Assembly (NCBI GenBank): GCA_964416765.1
Contig: CAYQEU010000001.1
Location: forward strand, 407,253-471,252
Length of the DNA: 64,000 nucleotides
Direction: 5' to 3'
From: an uncultured Candidatus Saccharibacteria bacterium
GTDB taxonomy: Bacteria > Patescibacteriota > Doudnabacteria > UBA920
Shown: one piece after another, positions 10,261-20,409 of the stretch
How positions within the stretch are numbered: position 1 is the first letter of the stretch
Layout of the letters: the number at the start of each line of letters is the position of its first letter
Made by a program: the position numbers and the translations under genes
The notes under the pieces: generated by a model
Told to the model about the DNA's origin: nothing
Seen by the model: only the letters and a program-made list of their open reading frames with translations
Database searches by the model: none

Positions 10261-10833
10261 ATGAAAAAGCCAACTTTTATTCCCAATAACGCCAAGCGAG
10301 CCTATCAAAGCCAGGAATTCGACGTTTGGGAATGGAAGCAAAAAATGTTTGATGGGACGTTTAAAATCTTTAGACGGGTAGTCCAAATGCCTGGAGTATC
10401 CGTACTTGCCGCCGTAGGAAACAAAGTTTTGCTAATTAAAGAACAGCAACCCGGAACTCCTTGGTACTTCTCGCTGCCGGGTGGCGCCATAGACAAGCCG
10501 GGTGAGCCTGTAGTCCAGACCGCGGCCCGTGAACTTGTGGAAGAAACAGGATATGAAGCGGGAAAAATAAAACTCTGGAAAGTATTAGTCCATAATGGAC
10601 GTTTTTACCACGAGCGCTACTTTTATTTGGCCCAGGATTGCCGCTTGGTGGGAAAACCCCAGCCTGATGGCGGAGAGAAAATTAAGGTAAATTTGCTCAG
10701 CTTCGATGAACTCCTAAAAACTATTGACCACCCTCACTTTTTTAAAGGCGATACCTACGCAGAACTACTAAGGGCTAAATCAGATCCAAAACTAAAAAAT
10801 AAGCTTAAACAAGCCCTTTTCGGCAAAAAATAA
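10261..10833 (+). CDS. NUDIX hydrolase (ADP-ribose pyrophosphatase-like)
   Basis: Nudix box LPGGAIDKPGEPVVQTAARELVEETGYEAG. Confidence 0.75.
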   Translation: MKKPTFIPNNAKRAYQSQEFDVWEWKQKMFDGTFKIFRRVVQMPGVSVLAAVGNKVLLIKEQQPGTPWYFSLPGGAIDKPGEPVVQTAARELVEETGYEAGKIKLWKVLVHNGRFYHERYFYLAQDCRLVGKPQPDGGEKIKVNLLSFDELLKTIDHPHFFKGDTYAELLRAKSDPKLKNKLKQALFGKK

Positions 10834-10932
10834 TAAAACCCTTTCATAAGTCCACAAAGTCAAGAGCCTCTATTTTGGCCAGCCTTGTCAGAAGGGTGTT
10901 TTTCTGTTAAACTCCTAGCGTTAATTTTAAAA

Positions 10933-11208
10933 ATGACCAATATTTCTGAGGAAAATCCGAAATCAGTGCCGGAGAGTGAAGGGAACAAAAAATCCCTTTA
11001 CATGAAGACTTTTAGTTTCGCCCTGGAATTTGGCTTCATTATCGCGCTGCCATTGCTGGCTTTTGTCTATCTAGGCAAATACCTCGACGGCCGCTACCAC
11101 ACCAATAACAAAATTTTCCTTTACTCCGGTATAATTTTGGCCCTGGTTACGACTTGTCTGCTTTTTGTCCGGCGGATAAAAGACATTATGAAGGACATGG
11201 AAAAATAA
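10933..11208 (+). CDS. Small membrane protein preceding atpB, AtpI/AtpZ-like
   Basis: Two TM helices, positioned immediately 5' of ATP synthase subunit a. Start chosen at the internal Met (MTNISEEN); the ORF track starts at 10885. Confidence 0.45.
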   Translation: MTNISEENPKSVPESEGNKKSLYMKTFSFALEFGFIIALPLLAFVYLGKYLDGRYHTNNKIFLYSGIILALVTTCLLFVRRIKDIMKDMEK

Positions 11209-12066
11209 ATGCTAGCAATCCCACCTTTAGCCGCAGAACCAATATTCACCATAGCTCAGTTTCCCGTTACCAACAGCTATATTAACTCCACGCTTACCGC
11301 GTTGGGCTTCATTGTGTTTGCGTTAGTGCTTAGCTTCGGGATTAGGAAGTATTATTGGCAAGGCAAAGCTCCCCGAGGCCTCCTGAACTTCTTTGAGGCA
11401 ATTTTGGAGTTCCTGTATAAATACATGGACCAGGTAACCGGTGACCGCAAAAAATCCATCAAATTTTTGCCTTTGGTTGGCAGTCTATTCTTCTTTATCC
11501 TAGTTTCTAACTGGATCGGTTTGCTTCCCGGTATCGGTTCCATAGGAACAAACCAAATCCACGAAGGCGTGGTGGAATTTATCCCGCTGTTCCGGCCTGC
11601 CAACACCGATTTAAACATGACTCTGGCCATGGCAATTCTTGTGGTTATTTCTTCCCACGTCATTGGTATCGCGGCCATTGGGTTCTTCAAATACGCCAAC
11701 AAGTTTGTTAAGCTCGGTGACCTGTGGCACGCCGCCAAAAGCCTAAACCCCATGAATATTATCATCGCGGTAGTGGAATTTTTGGTTGGTCTGCTCGAAA
11801 TCGTGTCTGAAGTCGCAAAAATGGTATCTCTTAGCCTTCGACTTTTTGGTAACATTTTCGCCGGTGAAGTTTTGCTTACGGTAATCGGTTCCATCCTGGC
11901 TTTTTTCCTGCCCCTTCCATTCATGGGTTTGGAAATCATAGTCGGGTTGATTCAATCCGTGGTGTTTTCCATGTTGGCCCTGGTCTACCTGACCATTGCG
12001 ACCACTGAGATTAAATCGCACGACAAAGCGCACGAAGAAGACCTGGAGCCCACTCCGACGGTATAG
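11209..12066 (+). CDS. atpB: F0F1 ATP synthase subunit a
   Basis: Signature LSLRLFGNIFAGEVLL with the essential Arg. Polytopic. Confidence 0.9.
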   Translation: MLAIPPLAAEPIFTIAQFPVTNSYINSTLTALGFIVFALVLSFGIRKYYWQGKAPRGLLNFFEAILEFLYKYMDQVTGDRKKSIKFLPLVGSLFFFILVSNWIGLLPGIGSIGTNQIHEGVVEFIPLFRPANTDLNMTLAMAILVVISSHVIGIAAIGFFKYANKFVKLGDLWHAAKSLNPMNIIIAVVEFLVGLLEIVSEVAKMVSLSLRLFGNIFAGEVLLTVIGSILAFFLPLPFMGLEIIVGLIQSVVFSMLALVYLTIATTEIKSHDKAHEEDLEPTPTV

Positions 12067-12146
12067 TTAGTGTTGAAGGGCTGGCGCTTAGCGGACTAAG
12101 CTTCAGCTTTTCAGCATTACGCTGGATTTAACAAGATTATTAGTAA

Positions 12147-12398
<252 letters not shown>

Positions 12399-12471
12399 TC
12401 ATCAAGTTCAGTTCCAATTTTCAATTGCGCCACGCTTTCGAGCCAGCCGATTGAAAATTGCATAGTGAGCA

Positions 12472-13035
12472 TTGATTAATATTTTTATGGACATCATACA
12501 CATTGCAAAAGCCGCGGAGGTGGCACATGAAGCAGCGCAGGCCGGACCGGTCCAGCTTTTTGGTTTAAATTGGAAATTATTCCTGGCCCAACTCATTAAC
12601 TTTAGCGTGGTCCTGTTTGTTCTCTGGAAGTGGGTATTCCGGCCCGTAGCCAAAGGCTTGGCTGACCGCACCACCAAGATTGAAAACTCACTGGCGGAGG
12701 CGGAAAGGATCGCCGCTGAACGCGAAACCTTTGACTCTTGGAAAGACAAGGAAATGGCCCAGGTACGCCAGGAAGCCAGCCAAATTATAGTTGAAGCCAA
12801 GGCTGCGGCTGAACAGGCTCGAAGTGAAATTACCAAGACCGCCATGGATGAGTCAGCTCGAATACTGGAACGGGGCAAACAGCAACTCGAAGAGGAAAAG
12901 AACAAGGCTGTCCAAGAGATCAAGTCGGAGGTAGCTGGCATGGTAGTAACCGCGACGGAAAGCATTTTGAAGAAAAAGGTTGACTCTAATACCGACAAAG
13001 AATTAATTAACGAAGCCATCGCTAAGCTCAAGTAA
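12472..13035 (+). CDS. atpF: F0F1 ATP synthase subunit b
   Basis: N-terminal TM helix then a long charged helix. Sits between atpE and atpH. Confidence 0.8.
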   Translation: MINIFMDIIHIAKAAEVAHEAAQAGPVQLFGLNWKLFLAQLINFSVVLFVLWKWVFRPVAKGLADRTTKIENSLAEAERIAAERETFDSWKDKEMAQVRQEASQIIVEAKAAAEQARSEITKTAMDESARILERGKQQLEEEKNKAVQEIKSEVAGMVVTATESILKKKVDSNTDKELINEAIAKLK

Positions 13036-13036
13036 C

Positions 13037-13429
13037 ATGAAATTTTCCGTAACACAATACGCGCAGGCTTTGCACCAGACTCTGAGCGAATCCAAAGCCG
13101 GGGATTATGACCGGGTGATCGACAACTTTATCCGCATCCTCAACACCAACGGCGACCTCCCATACTACGAAACAATCATCCACGAATACGAACGGATAGA
13201 CCGGGAGGAGCGGGGAATAACGGAGGTTGAGGTCACTACCGCCGGTAACGTCACGATCAACAAGGAAACCATCCAAGCCCTGAACGACGCGGTAGACGGC
13301 GACATAGAACTCCGCGAAAAAGTGGACGAAAGCCTGATCGGCGGGGTAATCGTGAAGATCGAAGACACGATGATAGACGCAAGCGTTAAAGGTCAACTCA
13401 AGCATTTAAAAGATAAACTTAGCCAATAA
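13037..13429 (+). CDS. atpH: F0F1 ATP synthase subunit delta (short, 130 aa)
   Basis: C-terminal delta/OSCP block [26 protein letters not shown]. Located between atpF and atpA. Confidence 0.65.
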   Translation: MKFSVTQYAQALHQTLSESKAGDYDRVIDNFIRILNTNGDLPYYETIIHEYERIDREERGITEVEVTTAGNVTINKETIQALNDAVDGDIELREKVDESLIGGVIVKIEDTMIDASVKGQLKHLKDKLSQ

Positions 13430-13439
13430 CTTAAACCAT

Positions 13440-14939
13440 ATGATTAAAACTGATGCAATAATTGCCCAGCTCAAAGAGCAGATCGCCGGATTCCAGCCCG
13501 ATGCCAGCGTCGAAAAAGTCGGCACCGTAGTTGAAGTCGGTGACGGTATTGCCCGCATTGCCGGCTTGTCCCAGATTGCCAGCATGGAAATGATCGATTT
13601 CGGCAACGATATTTTGGGGGTAGCTTTAAACCTGGAAGAAGCCACCGTGGGCGCCATTATTCTTGGCGATTACTCCGAAGTTAAGCAGGGCGACACTGTC
13701 CGCGCTACCGGACGAACGCTGTCCGTGCCAGTGGGCGACGCGTTAATTGGCCGCGTTGTCGGTGCTTTGGGCAACCCAAAGGACGGCAAGGGTGAAATCA
13801 AACAGGCTGACTTTTACCCGGTTGAAAAAGTTGCCCCTGGTGTAATTACCCGTAAAGGGGTAAGCCAGCCGGTACAAACCGGCATCATGGCCATTGATGC
13901 CTTAATTCCAATCGGCCGCGGCCAGCGTGAACTTATCATTGGTGACCGCCAAACTGGTAAGACCGCGGTAGCGATCGACACCATTTTGAACCAAAAAGGC
14001 CAGGACATGATCTGCGTTTACGTGGCGGTGGGACAAAAGGAAAGTAAAATCGCGAAAATTGTCGCCACTTTGGAAGAACGCGGCGCCATGGACTACACCA
14101 TTGTTGTTTCCGCCGGCGCTTCTGAACCAGCCGCTTTGTCATACATTGCTCCTTACGCCGGTTGCGCCATGGCCGAATACTTCATGGACCAAGGCAAGGA
14201 CGTGCTGATCATTTATGATGATTTGTCCAAGCAAGCAGTTGCCTACCGCGAAATTTCTTTACTCCTTCGCCGCCCGCCAGGACGTGAAGCATATCCAGGA
14301 GATGTTTTCTATCTACACTCCCGCTTGCTGGAACGAGCGGCCCGTTTAAATGAAGATTACGGCGGGGGCAGTATTACCGCCTTGCCGGTTATTGAAACCC
14401 AGGCAGGAGATATTTCCGCGTACATTCCGACCAATGTAATCTCCATTACCGATGGTCAGGTGTTCCTAGAAAGCGATTTGTTCTACAAGGGTATCCGTCC
14501 GGCCGTGAACGTCGGTACATCCGTTTCCCGCGTGGGATCCGCCGCTCAGACGAAAGCCATGAAGAAAGTTGCCGGCAAGTTGAAAATCTCCCTGGCGCAG
14601 TTCCGCGAATTGGAAGCTTTTGCCCAATTCGGTTCTGACCTTGATGAAGCCACGAAGAAACAGTTGGACTTGGGAAACCGCTTGGTTGAAGTTTTGAAAC
14701 AGCCGCAATACAGTCCGCTCGCGCTCGAAAAGCAAGTGGTCATTTTGTACGCTGTTAACAACGGTTATTTGGATGACGTCCCCGTAGAAAAAGTCAAAGA
14801 ATTCCAGAACAAATTGTATGACTACATGGAAGCATCAGGTAAAGACGTTATGACGGCGATAGCCGGTTCCGGACAGCTCGAAGAATCCACTGAAGATACT
14901 TTGAAAAAGCACTTGGAAACCTTTAAGAAAACTTTCTAA
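13440..14939 (+). CDS. atpA: F0F1 ATP synthase subunit alpha
   Basis: Walker [14 protein letters not shown]. Alpha signature throughout. Confidence 0.97.
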   Translation: MIKTDAIIAQLKEQIAGFQPDASVEKVGTVVEVGDGIARIAGLSQIASMEMIDFGNDILGVALNLEEATVGAIILGDYSEVKQGDTVRATGRTLSVPVGDALIGRVVGALGNPKDGKGEIKQADFYPVEKVAPGVITRKGVSQPVQTGIMAIDALIPIGRGQRELIIGDRQTGKTAVAIDTILNQKGQDMICVYVAVGQKESKIAKIVATLEERGAMDYTIVVSAGASEPAALSYIAPYAGCAMAEYFMDQGKDVLIIYDDLSKQAVAYREISLLLRRPPGREAYPGDVFYLHSRLLERAARLNEDYGGGSITALPVIETQAGDISAYIPTNVISITDGQVFLESDLFYKGIRPAVNVGTSVSRVGSAAQTKAMKKVAGKLKISLAQFRELEAFAQFGSDLDEATKKQLDLGNRLVEVLKQPQYSPLALEKQVVILYAVNNGYLDDVPVEKVKEFQNKLYDYMEASGKDVMTAIAGSGQLEESTEDTLKKHLETFKKTF

Positions 14940-14944
14940 CATAG

Positions 14945-15811
14945 ATGCCAGGAACAAGAGAACTAACCAGACGCATAAAGTCAGTTAAAAGCACGCGCAA
15001 AATTACCCGCGCGATGCAGCTGATTTCCGCCGCCAAAATGCGCAAGGCACAGGCCGCTACCATGGCGAGCCGCACTTACGCTGATTTGGCGTGGGAGCTT
15101 ATCAGTTCTCTGGGCACCGAAGCCGCCGCCAATTCTCCGCTGATAAACAAGTTTCCGGACGCCAAAAAAGTTGGGGTAGTCATAATCTCCTCCAACCGCG
15201 GCCAAGTCGGCGGGTTTAACAACAACCTGTTTAAGAAGATTAAGGAATTTGAATCCAGCGAACCAGAGCTCATTAGCGAAATGGTTGTGCTCGGCAAAAA
15301 GGCCCGAGACAACGCGGTCCGCCTGAAACGGAACATCATGGCCGAGTTCACAAAACTGGATACCACTATACCAGTGGAAAACATCTATCCACTTGTACGG
15401 ACGTTGACCGACGCATATTCCACGGGACAGTATAAAAAAATAATAATAGTCTATAACCACTTCGCTTCCACGCTTTCCCAGGTGCCTACGGTAAAAACGT
15501 TATTGCCCTTTACCACTGAGCCACGGGCAGGAACGGATACGGCAGCCGCCGAAAGCCTGTTTGAACCCTCGCCCAAAGAAGTTGCCGAACATCTGCTCCC
15601 GCGCATACTGGAAAGCCAAGTGTATCAAGCAATTCTGGAAAGCGACGCTTCTGAACACTCCGCCCGCATGGTCATGATGAAAAACGCCACGGAAAATGCC
15701 GGCGAACTCATAGACGACCTAACCCTAACATTTAACCAACTCCGCCAAACCAAGATTACCACCGAGCTTTCAGAAATTACCGCCGGTAAACTAGCCCTAG
15801 AAAATTCATAA
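14945..15811 (+). CDS. atpG: F0F1 ATP synthase subunit gamma
   Basis: N-terminal RIKSVKSTRKITRAMQLISAAKMRKAQ and C-terminal ITTELSEITAGKLALE gamma motifs. Confidence 0.9.
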   Translation: MPGTRELTRRIKSVKSTRKITRAMQLISAAKMRKAQAATMASRTYADLAWELISSLGTEAAANSPLINKFPDAKKVGVVIISSNRGQVGGFNNNLFKKIKEFESSEPELISEMVVLGKKARDNAVRLKRNIMAEFTKLDTTIPVENIYPLVRTLTDAYSTGQYKKIIIVYNHFASTLSQVPTVKTLLPFTTEPRAGTDTAAAESLFEPSPKEVAEHLLPRILESQVYQAILESDASEHSARMVMMKNATENAGELIDDLTLTFNQLRQTKITTELSEITAGKLALENS

Positions 15812-15814
15812 TGA

Positions 15815-17254
<1,440 letters not shown>

Positions 17255-17273
17255 TTATCCTATTTATACCTTA

Positions 17274-17738
17274 ATGGCCCAGATTCACTTACAATTAGTT
17301 ACCCCACAGCGCAAAGTGCTGGATGAGGAAGTCCAAAGCCTCACCTGCCCTACCGCTATGGGGGAGATCACAATTTTGCCGGAACACGTCGACTTGGTGG
17401 CTACTTTAGAGGTAGGAGAGTTAGTGGCCCGTACTGGCTCCGGACAGGAGCATAATATCCACGTGGCCGGGGGTTTTGTCCAGGTAAAAGCAGGGAAGGA
17501 AATAATCGTACTGGCTGACGCCGCGGAACACCACCACGAGATTGACGAGACAGAGACCGAACAGGCCAGACAGCGCGCCGAGGAAACCATGAAGCGTTCC
17601 AATGTGTCCGCCGAAGACTACGCCCTGGCCGCCGCCGCCCTAGAACGCAGTGTGAGCAAACTGAACTTAGTACGCAAATACCGCCATCGCGCGCCGCAGG
17701 TCAGCAACCTGGAAAGAGATCTGTCGTCAGAAGAATAA
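17274..17738 (+). CDS. atpC: F0F1 ATP synthase subunit epsilon
   Basis: 154 aa at the end of the operon. Beta-sandwich plus helical C-terminus. Followed by a terminator hairpin. Confidence 0.85.
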   Translation: MAQIHLQLVTPQRKVLDEEVQSLTCPTAMGEITILPEHVDLVATLEVGELVARTGSGQEHNIHVAGGFVQVKAGKEIIVLADAAEHHHEIDETETEQARQRAEETMKRSNVSAEDYALAAAALERSVSKLNLVRKYRHRAPQVSNLERDLSSEE

Positions 17739-17743
17739 TTTAC

Positions 17744-17775
17744 CAGCCTGCTTCACCGCAGGCTTTTATATTTTT
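17744..17775 (+). terminator. Rho-independent terminator after the atp operon
   Basis: Hairpin agcctgc-ttcacc-gcaggct followed by TTTTATATTTTT. Confidence 0.6.
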
Positions 17776-17780
17776 AAATT

Positions 17781-18458
17781 ATGAAGTTAAATTTTCACGC
17801 AGAATCAGAACTTGAATTAACAGCAGTTCGGGTAATGGAAGCGGTTGCGAAAGAATTTCCGCAAACTTTTTTTGTCGGCGGTTTTGTTCGTGACTTGTTA
17901 CTTTCCCGCGAAGTACACGATATAGATATTGCAACGAGCGCGACACCGGAACAAGTTGCGCAATGTTTAAACACAGACTTTGACGTTGATGACGAGGCAA
18001 AAAACTTTGGCGTTTTGAAGATTAACAACCAGCTCGAGATTACCACTTTCCGCGAGGAAACTTACAGTGGGTCCCGGTATCCAAAAGTTAATTTTATCGA
18101 CTCTCCGGAAATAGACAGCCGCCGCCGCGACTTTACCATAAACGGCTTGTATATGAGCCTGGAAGGCGAAATCCTGGACTTCCACGGGGGGATAGCAGAT
18201 TTAGGGGCCGGCCTGATCCGGTTCATCGGTGACCCCCAGACTCGCATAGACGAAGACCCGTTACGGCTCCTTAGGGCTATCCGCTTGTCCTTACAATTAG
18301 ACTTCACCATAGAAGAACAGACGCGCCAAGCGATTCAAAAAAACTTTTCCGCCCTTACAACTTTAAAACAATCACAAATTGAAACGGAAATAAAAAAATT
18401 GGATCCAAACGTGCAAAAATCGTTTGTGGATATCATCAACGCAAAAGACTTGACTTAG
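17781..18458 (+). CDS. Minimal tRNA nucleotidyltransferase (CCA-adding / poly(A) polymerase head domain only, 225 aa)
   Basis: Class II NTase motif FFVGGFVRDLLLSREVHDIDIATSATPEQV (GG..RD...D.D). Confidence 0.7.
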   Translation: MKLNFHAESELELTAVRVMEAVAKEFPQTFFVGGFVRDLLLSREVHDIDIATSATPEQVAQCLNTDFDVDDEAKNFGVLKINNQLEITTFREETYSGSRYPKVNFIDSPEIDSRRRDFTINGLYMSLEGEILDFHGGIADLGAGLIRFIGDPQTRIDEDPLRLLRAIRLSLQLDFTIEEQTRQAIQKNFSALTTLKQSQIETEIKKLDPNVQKSFVDIINAKDLT

Positions 18459-18633
18459 ATTTGACAAATTCTTTATAATTATCTTGTATAAAAATTTCCG
18501 CACTTCTGTAGAAACGAAAACAAATCAGGAAAACAGAAAAACTAAATTACATTACTACTGACCTTGGAACAAAAAGTTTCAAGTAGTAGAAAATTAAGAA
18601 GCGAAAATATTCGCTTCAGGGAGACTAGCCAAA

Positions 18634-18840
18634 ATGGCAACCAAAAGAAAAGTAGCAAAGCGCAAGCCTGCTGCTAAGAAAGCTGCTCCAAAGCGCAAGA
18701 CCGCTGCTAAGAAGCCAGCTCGCAAACCAGCTCGTCGCAAGACCGCTGCTCGCAAGCCTGCTGCTAAGAAGCGCACTGCTGCTCGCAAGCCAGCTGCTAA
18801 GCGCAAGCCAGCTCGCCGCAAGGCCGCTAAAAAGCGTTAA
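18634..18840 (+). CDS. Histone H1-like lysine/alanine-rich DNA-binding protein (KAPA/AAKK repeats)
   Basis: 68 aa, >40% K/R, repeated AAKKPARKPA units. SD AGGGAG lies 8 nt upstream. The 5' UTR carries two hairpins. Confidence 0.7.
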   Translation: MATKRKVAKRKPAAKKAAPKRKTAAKKPARKPARRKTAARKPAAKKRTAARKPAAKRKPARRKAAKKR

Positions 18841-18985
18841 GCTCAAAACTCCACAAGGAGAAACGTAACCGCCCCAAAACTAGGGCGGTTATTGTTTTCC
18901 CCAAACGCCTGGAAAGTGCAGAAAATGCCTCCAAACCCTTGCGTTTTGGGGCCATAAATGGTATACTTTGCAAGTTAAGAAATGA

Positions 18986-19061
18986 CGCGGGGTAGAGCAA
19001 TTGGCAGCTCGCAAGGCTCATAACCTTGAGGTTCCCGGTTCGAATCCGGGCCCCGCAACCA
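18986..19061 (+). tRNA. Initiator tRNA-fMet (anticodon CAT), CCA encoded
   Basis: Begins CGCGGGG and ends CCCCGCAACCA, giving a C1xA72 mismatch as in bacterial initiators. Anticodon loop ctCATaa. Confidence 0.8.
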
Positions 19062-19092
19062 AAAAATTTAAGTTATTTAATTAGTACACCGC

Positions 19093-19169
19093 GCCGGCGT
19101 AGCTCAGTTGGTTAGAGCGGAGGACTCATAAGCCTCAGGTCGTTGGTTCAATTCCAACCGCCGGTACCA
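19093..19169 (+). tRNA. tRNA with CAT anticodon (elongator Met or lysidine-modified Ile2), CCA encoded
   Basis: Acceptor gccggcg/cgccggt, anticodon loop ctCATaa, T-arm gttggttcaattccaac. Confidence 0.75.
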
Positions 19170-19198
19170 ATTTGGCCTCGCGGCCACCAATAAATCAT

Positions 19199-19275
19199 GG
19201 ACTGGTAGCTCAGTTGGTTAGAGCGTCCGCCTGTCACGCGGAAGGTCGCGGGTTCGAGTCCCGTTCAGTCCGCCA
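19199..19275 (+). tRNA. tRNA-Asp (anticodon GTC), CCA encoded
   Basis: Acceptor ggactgg/tcagtcc, anticodon stem-loop tccgc-ctGTCac-gcgga, T-loop ggttcgagtcc. Confidence 0.85.
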
Positions 19276-19298
19276 TTATAACTTTCAGTAATCCACAA

Positions 19299-19325
19299 TT
19301 GACTACGAAAAAGTTATGCTATAAT
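19299..19325 (+). promoter_or_regulatory. Sigma70-like promoter, TTGACT-N15-TGcTATAAT (extended -10)
   Basis: Lies between tRNA-Asp and a terminator ~45 nt downstream, so it would drive a ~65-nt transcript. Confidence 0.4.
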
Positions 19326-19365
19326 GGCTTATAAGCATTTCGGTGCTTAATATTTAGTTTTTCAG

Positions 19366-19395
19366 AAACAGGCCATCTAGAGGGGCCTGTTTTTG
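19366..19395 (+). terminator. Rho-independent terminator
   Basis: 7-bp stem acaggcc/ggcctgt plus TTTT. Could also serve as the terminator of the tRNA operon. Confidence 0.6.
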
Positions 19396-19493
19396 CTTAT
19401 GCCCAGAATTAACCGCTTCGAACAAGAAATTCTTCCCGGATTGACATTTTGCCTTATTTATGGTCAAATACGCCAAAGGGAGGAATTACTGGA

Positions 19494-19913
19494 ATGAGAT
19501 ATCTGTTTGGAATGGCAGGCATAATGGTATTGCTTGTCTTGTTCGCGGCTGGGCTTTTTGCCCTGGCACTCTATGAAGGCTGGGATTACCCGACACTCCG
19601 TATCGCTTTACTGGTTTTTGGAGCGTACGGGGTAATCGAGCTTTTCGCGCGGCGGGGCAGAGTCCCACACCGCGTGGAGTTCAATAACCTTAAGTGCGAA
19701 TACGATCCCGGAAGGGAAAAGTATCAGGAACTGTCGGTTTACTGTCTGGCTAACTCGCCGATAGCGGCGTCAGAGGAAGCCAAACGGCTTTACCGTAAAA
19801 CAAGGGGAGTGTTCGACTTTGACCCGGACCATAAAGTCCGCGAAACTCTATGGGTCACCTATCTTCTGCGATTGGTGAGCCATAAAACAATCATCCTGCG
19901 AAACATCGCGTAA
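19494..19913 (+). CDS. Hypothetical membrane protein
   Basis: Start set at MRYLFGMAG because SD AAAGGGAGG lies 9 nt upstream. Two TM helices. GC-richer than neighbours. Terminator follows. Confidence 0.5.
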   Translation: MRYLFGMAGIMVLLVLFAAGLFALALYEGWDYPTLRIALLVFGAYGVIELFARRGRVPHRVEFNNLKCEYDPGREKYQELSVYCLANSPIAASEEAKRLYRKTRGVFDFDPDHKVRETLWVTYLLRLVSHKTIILRNIA

Positions 19914-19947
19914 TCACCATCATCACTCTCATCCTCCAACAACATAA

Positions 19948-19982
19948 AAGAGAAGCACCGCGCCGGCACTGCTTCTCTTTTA
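19948..19982 (+). terminator. Rho-independent terminator
   Basis: 10-bp stem aagagaagca/tgcttctctt followed by a T-run. Confidence 0.55.
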
Positions 19983-20014
19983 AATATGATTGAAAAAGGT
20001 GTCGGGGATCGCTA

Positions 20015-20043
20015 TTGACAAAACCCTAAATTCGTGCTATAAT
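20015..20043 (+). promoter_or_regulatory. Consensus sigma70 promoter TTGACA-N17-TATAAT with TG extension
   Basis: Perfect -35 and -10 hexamers at optimal spacing. An 8-bp hairpin (ttccaggc/gcctggaa) sits in the leader. Confidence 0.6.
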
Positions 20044-20103
20044 TGTATAAATTCCAGGCTTTGTGCCTGGAAAATTTATAGATAGCAGGAGTGAACTAAT
20101 AGT

Positions 20104-20301
20104 ATGGGATGGTTAGATCCTAACGACGAAAGAAACTACGATAGACCCTCGGTTAAACCAACTGAGAACACGGCAACGGCGGCGGCACAGAGAAACGACA
20201 GCGACCGCGAAACAGCGGTCCACGAAAACGGACTCAACCCCAAACCACTACCAAAGGACATCGGCAAAGCGTCAGACGACGCCAAAGACATCGCCGGTTA
20301 A
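20104..20301 (+). CDS. Small hydrophilic acidic protein (65 aa), hypothetical
   Basis: Own consensus promoter, SD AGGAG ~13 nt upstream, and a terminator at 20319-20353. Confidence 0.5.
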   Translation: MGWLDPNDERNYDRPSVKPTENTATAAAQRNDSDRETAVHENGLNPKPLPKDIGKASDDAKDIAG

Positions 20302-20318
20302 TCCAGCGGAACGACGAG

Positions 20319-20353
20319 AACGGGAAGTGCTGCATAAGCTCTTCCCGTTTTCC
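20319..20353 (+). terminator. Rho-independent terminator
   Basis: Stem aacgggaag/cttcccgtt followed by TTCCCATTTT. Confidence 0.55.
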
Positions 20354-20409
20354 CATTTTGGGCTATTGCTTATTAGTTTAACCGCCTTAAACCTGATATA
20401 ATTACCTAT

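Noticed and set aside
18463-18480. TTGACA and TATAAT hexamers (also a similar pair at ~52669-52691) looked like promoters
   Set aside because: The spacer is only ~7 nt, incompatible with sigma70 geometry. These are probably coincidental AT-rich hexamers.
18594-18846. Minus-strand ORFs encoding Ala/Leu/Arg-rich 73-75-aa peptides
   Set aside because: These are antisense artefacts of the highly repetitive Lys/Ala-rich histone-like gene on the plus strand, which has the SD and promoter context.
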